A stretch of 42,225 bases of DNA from Eubacteriales bacterium (GTDB lineage: Bacteria; Bacillota; Clostridia; Oscillospirales; QAKW01), in assembly GCA_045545255.1 (NCBI GenBank), contig JAZQAQ010000102.1, positions 1 to 42,225 on the forward strand. The letters are read 5' to 3'. The position numbers and the translations under genes were made by a program. This document shows, piece after piece, positions 9,048 through 17,442 of the stretch (its first letter is position 1; every line of letters begins with the position of its first letter). The notes beneath the pieces are model-generated. The model was not told the origin of the DNA. It saw nothing but the letters and a program-made list of their open reading frames with translations, and did no database searches.

Positions 9048-9659
9048 ATGGAAAGAAGTAAAAGAAGAGCGCAGATCGTCTATCTGACGCAGTTGGGCTT
9101 ATTGCTGGCTGTTGTGGTGGTGTTGCAGTATATCGGCAACTTCATTCCTGTGGTGGCAGGCATTAACCTGACCTTGATCCCCATTGTGGTGGGAGCGGCA
9201 CTGCTGGGTCCTCTCGGAGGACTGATCTTGGGTCTTGCCTGCGGTGCGATGACCTTGATGACCCCCATGGCAATGGCGATTATGAGCCATTCCTGGATAA
9301 TGGCCTTTTTGATCTGCTTCGGTAAGACCGGTCTTGCAGGCTTGGCTGCCGGTTGGATCTATCGCGGTCTTGCCAAGAAAAACCGTCACGTAGGAATCGT
9401 GGCTGCTTCGGTGGCTACCCCCATCATCAATACCGGTGTATTTGTGGGCGGTTGCGTACTGTTGCTGGACTTTTTCGTCGCCAATCCCGGTGTACTTGGC
9501 TTTGAAGCCATCGCCGCCAATATTTCGGCAGGCGGATTCTTTACGATGATCTGCGTTGCCATCGCACCGAACTTCATCATTGAGTTTTTGGTGAATGCCA
9601 TTGCTTCCACCGCCATCTATCAGGTTGTGAAAGTAATTGAAAAAAGAAAGAAAAATTAA
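9048..9659 (+). CDS. ECF-transporter substrate-specific (S) component; substrate unknown, possibly pantothenate given the adjacent coaX
   Basis: 203-aa protein with about 6 TM segments and an S-component-like N-terminal region (LTQLGLLLAVVVVLQYI...LIPIVVGAALLGPLGG). AAAGGAGA RBS. The substrate guess rests on context only. Confidence 0.6.
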   Translation: MERSKRRAQIVYLTQLGLLLAVVVVLQYIGNFIPVVAGINLTLIPIVVGAALLGPLGGLILGLACGAMTLMTPMAMAIMSHSWIMAFLICFGKTGLAGLAAGWIYRGLAKKNRHVGIVAASVATPIINTGVFVGGCVLLLDFFVANPGVLGFEAIAANISAGGFFTMICVAIAPNFIIEFLVNAIASTAIYQVVKVIEKRKKN

Positions 9660-9671
9660 GAGGAAAACAAT

Positions 9672-10133
9672 TTGAAAAAAATCGCCAGTTTTACCGTTAA
9701 TCACGATATTTTGGAATGCGGAATGTATCTTTCCCGTATCGACGGAGATGCAGTAACCTATGATATCCGTATGAAAAAGCCCAATGGCGGGGTTTATCTG
9801 GAGAATCCCGCGATGCATACCATTGAGCATCTTTTTGCCACCTACGCCCGCAACAGTGAATATGCCGATGAGATCCTTTATGTGGGACCTATGGGCTGCC
9901 GTACGGGCTTTTACCTCCTTTTGAGAGACAAAGTCTCCCACGAAGAGGCAATTAAATTGGTGCAGGAGTCGATGGCGTTTATCGCCGACTATGAGGGAGA
10001 GATCCCCGGCACCACCTCCATTGAGTGCGGAAATTACTTAGAGCACGATCTGGCAGGCGCAAAAAGGGAAGCCGCCGCAATTGCAGAGGTTCTTCGGGGA
10101 TGGACACCTGCAATGCTGGCTTACAAAGAATAA
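9672..10133 (+). CDS. luxS: S-ribosylhomocysteine lyase
   Basis: HTIEH metal motif and the GPMGCRTGFY cysteine. Length 153 aa. TTG start 7 nt after GAGGA. Confidence 0.9.
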   Translation: MKKIASFTVNHDILECGMYLSRIDGDAVTYDIRMKKPNGGVYLENPAMHTIEHLFATYARNSEYADEILYVGPMGCRTGFYLLLRDKVSHEEAIKLVQESMAFIADYEGEIPGTTSIECGNYLEHDLAGAKREAAAIAEVLRGWTPAMLAYKE

Positions 10134-10167
10134 AACGCATAAAAAATAGGAAAAGGAATGGATTAAA

Positions 10168-11568
10168 ATGGATTTTATTATTAAAATCATTGGCGCAGTT
10201 TACGGATTTTTATGGAAGGATCTCTTTACCGTTCCGCTGCCCGGCGGCGGGACCTTGGGTCTGCCCTTGCTGGTACTTCTTTTGATTCCGGCAGGCATCT
10301 ATTTCACGATTCGGACGAAGTTTCTTCCCATTCGGAAGTTTCCGGATATGCTGCGGGTCAGTATGGAAAAGAGCGATAAAAAGAGTGGTGCCATCTCCGG
10401 CTGGCAGTCCTTGATCGTTTCCACCGCTACCCGTGTAGGTATGGGAAATCTGGTTGGCGTTGTGGCCGCCATTTCTGCAGGCGGTGCAGGCGCGGTATTT
10501 TGGATGTGGATCACTGCTCTGATCGGCTCTTCCACTGCCTTTATTGAAGGTACGATGGCGCAGCTTCATAAGGAAAAGGATCCTCTCTACGGCGGATATC
10601 GGGGCGGTCCTGCCCAGTACATTCACGGCACTGTTGAAAAATGGCGCAAAAAGCCGATGAAAAAGTCGATTCTTGCGATTTTGTTTGCGATCTCCGGTCT
10701 GATCTGCTGGGGCGGTATCAGTCAGGTAATCGGCAATTCCGTTGCTGAATCCTTTACCAACGCATTTGATATCAAGCCTCTGTATACTGCCATTGTTATT
10801 ACGGTGCTGGCGGCAATTATCGTCTTGAGAAAGAATGCAACCGTCAAGGTGCTGGATATTATGGTCCCCATTATGGCATGCATTTATTTCTGCTTGACCC
10901 TCTTTATCATTTTCAAGAATATCGGGCAGCTGCCCAATGTGTTCGGGCGCATCTTCTCCGAAGCCTTCGGTCTCCGTCAGGTGGCGGCAGGCGGCTTCGG
11001 CGCAGTGCTGATGAACGGCGTTAAGCGCGGTCTCTTCTCCAATGAAGCAGGCTCCGGCTCCGCTCCTTGCGCAGCGGCAGCCGCCGAGACCGACCATCCC
11101 GCAAAGATCGGTCTTCTGCAGGCTTTGGGTGTAATTATTGATACCATCATCATCTGTACCTGTACCGCAATGATTATGCTGCTGGCGCCGGAAGGAAAGC
11201 TGGCGGGATTGCAGGGAATGGCTCTGCTGCAGACCTCTATGGAGCACCATCTGGGCGTTTTTGGTATGATCTTTGTGGCAGTGGTGATGTTCCTCTTCTG
11301 CTTCTCCACCTTCATCGGCGTGCTGTATTATGCCCGCCCCAATGTGGCATATCTCTTCGGCGATAACTGGACTTCCCAGACCCTCTATAAGGTCTTTGCT
11401 CTGATTATGCTGTTTGTCGGCTGTATTGCAGCGTATACCTTTGTGTGGGATCTGGGCGATGTGGGCATTGGTCTGATGACCATCGTTAATCTCTTGGTAT
11501 TGGTCCCCGGTGCCAAGCCCGCCTTGAATGCCCTGAAGGACTACGAACAAAAGAAAAAGCAAAAATAA
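10168..11568 (+). CDS. Alanine/glycine:cation symporter (AGCS family)
   Basis: 466-aa polytopic protein with the family motif GLFSNEAGSGSAP. Confidence 0.9.
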   Translation: MDFIIKIIGAVYGFLWKDLFTVPLPGGGTLGLPLLVLLLIPAGIYFTIRTKFLPIRKFPDMLRVSMEKSDKKSGAISGWQSLIVSTATRVGMGNLVGVVAAISAGGAGAVFWMWITALIGSSTAFIEGTMAQLHKEKDPLYGGYRGGPAQYIHGTVEKWRKKPMKKSILAILFAISGLICWGGISQVIGNSVAESFTNAFDIKPLYTAIVITVLAAIIVLRKNATVKVLDIMVPIMACIYFCLTLFIIFKNIGQLPNVFGRIFSEAFGLRQVAAGGFGAVLMNGVKRGLFSNEAGSGSAPCAAAAAETDHPAKIGLLQALGVIIDTIIICTCTAMIMLLAPEGKLAGLQGMALLQTSMEHHLGVFGMIFVAVVMFLFCFSTFIGVLYYARPNVAYLFGDNWTSQTLYKVFALIMLFVGCIAAYTFVWDLGDVGIGLMTIVNLLVLVPGAKPALNALKDYEQKKKQK

Positions 11569-11572
11569 ATTC

Positions 11573-11600
11573 AAAAAAGGACGCGTCAGCGTCCTTTTTT
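11573..11600 (+). terminator. Intrinsic terminator after the AGCS gene
   Basis: AAAAAAGGACGC-GTCA-GCGTCCTTTTTT. Confidence 0.8.
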
Positions 11601-11622
11601 GAATTATTTCACCGAAAAACTC

Positions 11623-11651
11623 TTGAAAGTTGACAGAAATTATTTTATAAT
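11623..11651 (+). promoter_or_regulatory. Sigma-A-type promoter of the NifU-like/GGGtGRT operon
   Basis: TTGAAA (11623-11628), a 17-nt spacer, then consensus TATAAT (11646-11651), about 45 nt upstream of the ATG. Confidence 0.6.
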
Positions 11652-11698
11652 AAAACCATCTGTGCAATAAACAGCAAATTTTGGAAGGAGAAACCATC

Positions 11699-12391
11699 AT
11701 GAACTATTCACATGAAGTTGAAAGTATGTGCGTGGTAGCCAAGGGTCCCCATCACGGTCCCGCCCCCATCCCCGAAGAGGGCAAGTGGGTAAAGGCTACT
11801 CAGAACAGCGATATCAGCGGACTTTCCCACGGTATCGGCTGGTGCGCTCCCCAGCAGGGCCGCTGCAAGCTGACCCTGAACGTTAAAGAAGGTATTACCG
11901 AGGAAGCTCTGGTCGAGACCTTGGGCTGCTCCGGTATGACCCACTCCGCCGCTATGGCTGCCGAGATCCTGCAGGGCAAGACTCTCTTGGAGGCTCTGAA
12001 CACCGACTTGGTGTGCGACGCCATCAACGTTGCTATGCGTGAGATCTTCAAGCAGCTGGTCTACGGTCGTACCCAGACTGCCTTCTCCGAGGACGGTCTG
12101 CCCATCGGTGCTTCTCTGGAAGACTTGGGTAAGGGTCTGCGCTCTCAGGTTGGTACGATGTTTGCTACCAAGGTCAAGGGCGTGCGCTATATGGAAATGG
12201 CAGAGGGCTACATCCTGAAGGTGGCTCTGGATGCCAATAACGAGTGTATCGGCTATCAGTTTGTCAATCTGGGCAAAATGATGGATATGATCCGTAAGGG
12301 TGCTGATCCGAAGGATGCCTTCGAGAAGAATATCGGTACATACGGTCGGTTCGATGATGCTGTGAAGTACATCGATCCGAGAGCAGAATAA
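11699..12391 (+). CDS. NifU/IscU-like Fe-S scaffold-type protein, the usual partner of GGGtGRT genes
   Basis: Cys-containing segments GWCAPQQGRCKL, LGCSGMTHSAAMA and LVCDAINVA resemble the NifU N-terminal domain. Start set at the ATG at 11699 after GGAAGGAG; the ORF track start is a TTG at 11681. Codon usage is strongly biased. Confidence 0.75.
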   Translation: MNYSHEVESMCVVAKGPHHGPAPIPEEGKWVKATQNSDISGLSHGIGWCAPQQGRCKLTLNVKEGITEEALVETLGCSGMTHSAAMAAEILQGKTLLEALNTDLVCDAINVAMREIFKQLVYGRTQTAFSEDGLPIGASLEDLGKGLRSQVGTMFATKVKGVRYMEMAEGYILKVALDANNECIGYQFVNLGKMMDMIRKGADPKDAFEKNIGTYGRFDDAVKYIDPRAE

Positions 12392-12408
12392 GGAAGGAGG
12401 AACGTTCA

Positions 12409-13407
12409 ATGGCTACTTTTGAAGGATATGAGAGAAGAATCGGCAAGATCCAGCCCGTATTGGAGCAGTATGGCTTCGCTACTCTGGATGAAGCCAATGA
12501 GTATTGCTTGTCCAAAGGCATTGATGTTGCCTCTATCGTGAAGGGTGTCCAGCCCATCGCAGTTGAGAATGCCTCCTGGGCTTATACCCTGGGCGCAGCT
12601 ATCGCTCTGAAGAACAACAGCAAGAACGCTGCTGACGCAGCAAGAGATATCGGTGTGGGTCTGCAGGCATTCTGTATCCCCGGCTCCGTTGCCGAGACCA
12701 GAAGCGTAGGTCTGGGTCACGGTAATCTGGCTGCTATGCTGCTGGAAGAAGAGACCAAGTGCTTCTGCTTCCTGGCAGGTCACGAGTCCTTTGCCGCTGC
12801 AGAGGGCGCAATCGGTATCGCCCGTACCGCCAATAAGGTGCGTAAAGAGCCTCTGCAGGTTATCCTGAACGGTCTCGGTAAGGATGCCGCTTATATCATC
12901 TCCAGAATCAACGGCTTCACCTATGTGGAGACCGACTATGATTTCTATACCGGCGAGCTGAAGATCGTCAACTCCACCGCTTATTCCGACGGCGACCGTG
13001 CAAAGGTTCGTTGCTACGGCTCCAATGACGTTCTGGAAGGCGTTGCTATTATGAAGCACGAGCACGTAGACGTTTCCATCACTGGTAACTCCACCAACCC
13101 CACTCGGTTCCAGCATCCCGTTGCAGGTTCCTATAAGAAGTGGTGCTGGGAGAACGGCAAGAAGTACTTCTCCGTCGCTTCCGGCGGTGGTACCGGCCGT
13201 ACCCTGCATCCCGATAATATGGCCGCAGGCCCCGCTTCCTACGGCTTGACCGATACCATGGGTCGTATGCATGGTGATGCTCAGTTCGCAGGCTCCTCCT
13301 CCGTTCCTGCCCACGTCGAAATGATGGGCTTGATCGGTGCCGGTAACAACCCCATGGTTGGTATGACCGTGGCAGTTGCCGTAGCAGTAAGCGAAGCTTT
13401 GAAATAA
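12409..13407 (+). CDS. GGGtGRT protein (conserved family of unknown function)
   Basis: Contains the eponymous motif in SVASGGGTGRTLHPDN. 332 aa. AAGGAAGGAGG RBS and a strong terminator. Confidence 0.85.
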   Translation: MATFEGYERRIGKIQPVLEQYGFATLDEANEYCLSKGIDVASIVKGVQPIAVENASWAYTLGAAIALKNNSKNAADAARDIGVGLQAFCIPGSVAETRSVGLGHGNLAAMLLEEETKCFCFLAGHESFAAAEGAIGIARTANKVRKEPLQVILNGLGKDAAYIISRINGFTYVETDYDFYTGELKIVNSTAYSDGDRAKVRCYGSNDVLEGVAIMKHEHVDVSITGNSTNPTRFQHPVAGSYKKWCWENGKKYFSVASGGGTGRTLHPDNMAAGPASYGLTDTMGRMHGDAQFAGSSSVPAHVEMMGLIGAGNNPMVGMTVAVAVAVSEALK

Positions 13408-13415
13408 GGTGAATC

Positions 13416-13455
13416 AAAACAAAAAGAGTTGCCTTGAGGCAACTCTTTTTGTTTT
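13416..13455 (+). terminator. Strong intrinsic terminator after the GGGtGRT gene
   Basis: 18-bp arms AAAACAAAAAGAGTTGCC / GGCAACTCTTTTTGTTTT around a TTGA loop. Confidence 0.85.
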
Positions 13456-13497
13456 AAAAGTGTTTATAAGTACAAGTTTTGAATTAATAGAGGGAAG

Positions 13498-14082
13498 ATG
13501 TTATCATATTATTTAAGTTTTATTGACGACGAAAACAGTCGCATTAAATTTGAAGAATTATACTATGCATATCGAAAACAAATGATATTGGTTGCAAAAA
13601 AGTATATTCAGAATGATGATGATGCTCAAGATGTGGTTCATGATGTCTTAGTTGATATTGCTGCAAAACATATGTCGTTGATTCAATCTATTAATGATTC
13701 CAGAGATGTAAGAAATTACTTATTAACAGCTACAAAAAATAGAGCGATAAATGAAATAAAAAGAAGAGATAAGTTTGTATCGTTTGAAAAAGTCGAGAGT
13801 GTTGATCTGTCTAAATATTCAACTTTAAATGATTCTGATTTTATTGATTTGTTATGTGAACGATTAGAATATAAATGTGTTTTAGAGGCAATGCTTAAGT
13901 TAGATGAACCGTATAGAGATGTTTTGTATTATCATTTTGTTGTGGAATTAAAAATAGCGGATATTGCAAAACTTCTTGACCGAAAGGTTCAAACGGTAAA
14001 AAAACAACTAGTTAGAGGAAAAAAACAATTGTTAAGCATATTAGCTGTGGAAGGAATTTTTGATAATTATGCCAATGAATAA
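13498..14082 (+). CDS. ECF-type sigma-70 family RNA polymerase sigma factor
   Basis: Region 2-like FEELYYAYRKQMILVAKKYIQNDDDAQDVVHDVLV and a region 4 HTH (LKIADIAKLLDRKVQTVKKQLVRGKKQL). 194 aa. Lies in the AT-rich island. Confidence 0.85.
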   Translation: MLSYYLSFIDDENSRIKFEELYYAYRKQMILVAKKYIQNDDDAQDVVHDVLVDIAAKHMSLIQSINDSRDVRNYLLTATKNRAINEIKRRDKFVSFEKVESVDLSKYSTLNDSDFIDLLCERLEYKCVLEAMLKLDEPYRDVLYYHFVVELKIADIAKLLDRKVQTVKKQLVRGKKQLLSILAVEGIFDNYANE

Positions 14083-14737
14083 AGCGGATTTATTTGATGC
14101 ATTTAGAAAAGCAGCCAGTGTCGAGTTCGAAGATATTCCGCCGGAAATATGTATTGATTATGCTTTTTCAGTAGATTTTGAATGTAAACTAAAAAAACTG
14201 ATAAAAAAAGAAAAACAAAGGTTGTGGCATTTTATTAATACGGGACCTAAACGGGTAATAATCATTATGATGGTATTTGCTTTATTATTTTCCACTGCAT
14301 GTAGCATCCCATCGATTAGAGAACCAATTTGTTCCTTCTTTGTTGAAGTATATAAGGATTTCGTTCATTATGTTTTTGAGGATGGCATTGATTCGATAAA
14401 AACTAAGTATAAACTCATTGCAGTTCCGAGTGGTTTTAGTAAAACGACGGTGTTCGAAACAGAATCCATCATTGTGACCACATATGAAAATTCTAATGGT
14501 GATTATTTAGAGTTTTCTCAAACAATAACCGATGATGTGGATCTTTATTTGGATTCAGAACGTGGAGAACTAACAGTAATTGACACAACAAATGTGAAAT
14601 ACTATCTTTATACACGAGAAAATTTGATACATATAGTTTTTGTGCGAGATTCATATGTTTTTAATTTGACATATCAAGGTGAACTTGAAAAGGAAGTTAT
14701 TTTCGATATTGCAACTTCAATGGCAGCGGTAGAATAA
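14069..14737 (+). CDS. Putative anti-sigma factor, single-pass membrane protein with a DUF4367-like C-terminal domain
   Basis: Overlaps the sigma gene end. Short cytoplasmic N-terminus, TM segment (VIIIMMVFALLFSTA) and an extracytoplasmic domain with TYENSNGDYLEFSQT-type motif. Alternative starts at 14060 and 14075. Confidence 0.7.
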   Translation: MPMNKADLFDAFRKAASVEFEDIPPEICIDYAFSVDFECKLKKLIKKEKQRLWHFINTGPKRVIIIMMVFALLFSTACSIPSIREPICSFFVEVYKDFVHYVFEDGIDSIKTKYKLIAVPSGFSKTTVFETESIIVTTYENSNGDYLEFSQTITDDVDLYLDSERGELTVIDTTNVKYYLYTRENLIHIVFVRDSYVFNLTYQGELEKEVIFDIATSMAAVE

Positions 14738-14788
14738 CTAATGGAGACCTGATTTTGTAATCATGAAAAATCAGGTCTCCATTAGTTA
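14735..14788. terminator. Bidirectional terminator between convergent island genes
   Basis: Perfect 22-bp arms TAACTAATGGAGACCTGATTTT / AAAATCAGGTCTCCATTAGTTA that include both stop codons. Confidence 0.8.
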
Positions 14789-15238
14789 ATATGTTTTTTT
14801 AACTTCGCATGTTATTTTGTCCGCAGAACCGCCGTTTCCATAAATTTCATATACGGCAGTAATTCGGTATGTTCCGGTTGATGGTAGTTGAAAAGTATGA
14901 GAGCCAGTATATGAGAAGTTATATATTGTATCAACCCATTGATTATTAGGTTGATTAATATCAACGCTTTTCCAGAATAATCCTAAAAAGCGTTTCTCGA
15001 TTTTTGTTGTTATGATTGCTTTTGTTGTGGTGTTTTGGATTCCAACATAACGGTTTGATATTGTGATTATTCCGGAACTAGATACAGAAGCAGAAGTTTG
15101 TGCAGAAACTACATTGTTATATAAAGGAGCTACAGTGTGAGAGGAATCAATGGTAGCTGCGTGAGTATATGGCGTTGACATAATGATTAAGAATAAAATC
15201 AAAATGATCGATAAATTTCTTTTTAATATTTTATTCAT
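14786..15238 (-). CDS. Secreted hypothetical protein (150 aa)
   Basis: Signal peptide MNKILKRNLSIILILFLIIMSTPYTHA. Ser/Thr/Asn-rich and beta-rich mature part. No family recognised. Confidence 0.65.
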   Translation of the reverse strand: MNKILKRNLSIILILFLIIMSTPYTHAATIDSSHTVAPLYNNVVSAQTSASVSSSGIITISNRYVGIQNTTTKAIITTKIEKRFLGLFWKSVDINQPNNQWVDTIYNFSYTGSHTFQLPSTGTYRITAVYEIYGNGGSADKITCEVKKTY

Positions 15239-15277
15239 GTTATTCCTTTCATTAATACAAAATTTAAAAATTTTCTT

Positions 15278-16543
15278 TTAAGGAAGAACAGTTAATTCGC
15301 TTAAACAAAGGACTTCGTCTGACCACATGTGTAAAGTGGTTGAAGAACCCCAAATTGTATTTACATATTCGTAGCGAACTTGACCAAATGCTCCCATATA
15401 TGCATACGATTCATCTGTGACATTGCCCTCGTAAATATAATTAGTTCGTACGACTCCACCAGATGGATCATCTTCATAGCCGTCTATATCGGCGGAGTTC
15501 CATCCATAGAGTTTATAAATATTCCAAGAAACAATATTATCGTTATATATGCCCCCTATTTCTATAGTGCGGGTTGTTACTGTTGTACTCGACATAGTTA
15601 GAGGAACACCAAATGTGGTCCATCCATAATAAGGAATATAAGCTGGAAAAGTTAGATTTTGAACAACACTTCCGTTAGAAGGTGTTACCAATCCGGTAGA
15701 ATGTAAATACTTATCATTACTAATAATTTCAATCCGGTAGGTGTCTGGGTAGACGGTGAGAGATCCGGTGGTGAAACCATGTACATTTTTTAAATATGAT
15801 TTAAACTCACTACAATGGGAATTTACTTTTGCATAGACGGACATAGTATTCTGATTTTCAATCTCGTTAGCGTGGTAAATAGCGATTGTGGCAGCATCAT
15901 AACCAGAAGCATCGATTGTATCATAACCCTGTAAACGTATTGTTGCATCTACTGCCGTAGACATAACGGAATCATTTGATTGGGTTTCGTTTGATGGAAC
16001 TGACCCTTTTTTTGCTTGAACATTAAGTGCTGAGAGCTTGGAAATGTTAGAGGAAAACTCACCAAAGTAAATGATTTGAGGAGCTATTTTTCCAGCACAA
16101 CCGATGGTTAAAACAGAAAATGTTTCTGACTTTGAAATATAGTTGAAATCGAGTGTTAGTTGCTCAATTTTATTATTGTAGGATATCACGGCGTCTAAGA
16201 CACCGACATATCCGTTGGTATCATATGAATCTATTTTTCCAGTAGCAGGTACACTAATTTGTTTTTCTGGAAAAGTAATAGTAATTGATGCTTTTGTAGC
16301 ACAAGTTGATTTGAGATTCTGAATACTTACCGAGATTGATGAAACTGTATAATTTCTTTTTTCATTTTCGGTCGATGAAGAGTATTGTAGTGTGTTAGTT
16401 TGTGATTTATTTAATTGATTATTGGGGGATGAGGTGAATTGAATCATATTTGCTGTTTCCAAAGTTGTGAAAGAACAAAGATTTAGGTTTGATAATGTGA
16501 TGACTATTATCAATAGGGAAAGAATGAGGCGCTTTTTCTTCAT
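15278..16543 (-). CDS. Secreted hypothetical protein (about 421 aa)
   Basis: Start set at MKKKRLILSLLIIVITLS (signal peptide); the ORF track start is 16594. No family recognised. AT-rich codon usage like its neighbours. Confidence 0.65.
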   Translation of the reverse strand: MKKKRLILSLLIIVITLSNLNLCSFTTLETANMIQFTSSPNNQLNKSQTNTLQYSSSTENEKRNYTVSSISVSIQNLKSTCATKASITITFPEKQISVPATGKIDSYDTNGYVGVLDAVISYNNKIEQLTLDFNYISKSETFSVLTIGCAGKIAPQIIYFGEFSSNISKLSALNVQAKKGSVPSNETQSNDSVMSTAVDATIRLQGYDTIDASGYDAATIAIYHANEIENQNTMSVYAKVNSHCSEFKSYLKNVHGFTTGSLTVYPDTYRIEIISNDKYLHSTGLVTPSNGSVVQNLTFPAYIPYYGWTTFGVPLTMSSTTVTTRTIEIGGIYNDNIVSWNIYKLYGWNSADIDGYEDDPSGGVVRTNYIYEGNVTDESYAYMGAFGQVRYEYVNTIWGSSTTLHMWSDEVLCLSELTVLP

Positions 16544-16598
16544 GATTATTTTCCTTTCTTTTCTAATTAATAGTGATAATGTTTTTATAATCAACAGT

Positions 16599-17216
16599 TC
16601 ATATGTTATCCTCCTCCTTTTTTCTTAAAATGTAATATGAGGTGCATATTAGGGCGATCAAGGGATAGATATTGAAAAGAAAACTTTGTAAATAACTTGT
16701 TAATTTATATACAATGAATGGGACTGTCATTTGGGAAAGTATGCTTGAAAAGAATTCTAATGCAGTTGAGTAGGTGAATAGCAGAATGCCTATAATTATC
16801 CATATTGAGGAAAAATATTTCAATTTAATTATTTTGAAGTAATGGCCGGTAAAAAAAATAATTAAGAATAAGAGAACTAATTGGATGATAAATGAACTTT
16901 TTATCTCGCCAGATATCCAAAAAAGAGTGAGAGGTAATATGATACCACCAAAGATCAAGGCTATTTTATAAAATAAATAGAGCCAATCTTTGGTGTTGGC
17001 TTTATTGGTTTTGCAAAAGACCAAAAGAACAAGAAGAGAGGCACTTATACGAATGGCTAGTTGGAAAGAATCATAGATTATCACATTAAAATGGCTGGTT
17101 GTATTGCCAAAGAATAAATTGATAGTAAATGGACGAATAGTCCCAATAATTAATAAGTTGATTAATGAGTATATTGTTATGGCTTTCCAAAAAGATTTTA
17201 AGGAATTCATATTCAT
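16599..17216 (-). CDS. Polytopic membrane protein (205 aa), function unknown
   Basis: About 6 hydrophobic segments and no catalytic motif recognised (no AgrB-type or CPBP-type residues). First gene of the minus-strand island operon. Confidence 0.6.
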   Translation of the reverse strand: MNMNSLKSFWKAITIYSLINLLIIGTIRPFTINLFFGNTTSHFNVIIYDSFQLAIRISASLLVLLVFCKTNKANTKDWLYLFYKIALIFGGIILPLTLFWISGEIKSSFIIQLVLLFLIIFFTGHYFKIIKLKYFSSIWIIIGILLFTYSTALEFFSSILSQMTVPFIVYKLTSYLQSFLFNIYPLIALICTSYYILRKKEEDNI

Positions 17217-17340
17217 ATAATAAAGATCCTTGATTAAGAATTTGGTGTTTCTATTAATATAACAACGATAGAAACAAAAAGAGGACAGAAAAAAAGAATT
17301 TTTTTGTATGCGGTGGATTTTAAATAAAAAATCACCAATA

Positions 17341-17388
17341 AATCCTATGATTAGTATGACTGTGGCTGTATCTGAGGCTCTGAAGTAA
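17341..17388 (+). pseudogene. Diverged duplicate of the last ~15 codons of a GGGtGRT gene
   Basis: Translates to NPMISMTVAVSEALK*. The intact gene ends NPMVGMTVAVAVAVSEALK* (13348-13407). The copy is AT-richer and has no gene body upstream. Confidence 0.65.
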
Positions 17389-17442
17389 GGTTAGACCGCT
17401 GAAATCAGCGCAGACCGACTAAAATAAAGAAAGAACCTGCTT

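Noticed and set aside
10210-11700. 496-aa minus-strand ORF opposite the AGCS symporter gene
   Set aside because: It is antisense to a gene with an unmistakable family motif. Its composition is Cys/His/Gln/Arg-rich and unlike real proteins.
12406-13314. 302-aa minus-strand ORF opposite the GGGtGRT gene (and 11708-12409 opposite the NifU-like gene)
   Set aside because: These are shadow ORFs favoured by the strong third-position bias of the highly expressed plus-strand genes.
16599-17216. AgrB-like or CPBP-type membrane protease assignment for the 205-aa island membrane protein
   Set aside because: The size and AT-rich Firmicute context suggested AgrB. However, the conserved His/Cys catalytic segment (R..HGAHA...C) and the CPBP EExxxR/HxxxN motifs are both absent.
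13408-17340. Prophage, ICE or transposon call for the AT-rich island
   Set aside because: I recognised no integrase, transposase, relaxase, or phage structural or replication gene. Only the compositional break and the duplicated gene tail support foreign origin, so it is reported as an island of unknown mobility.
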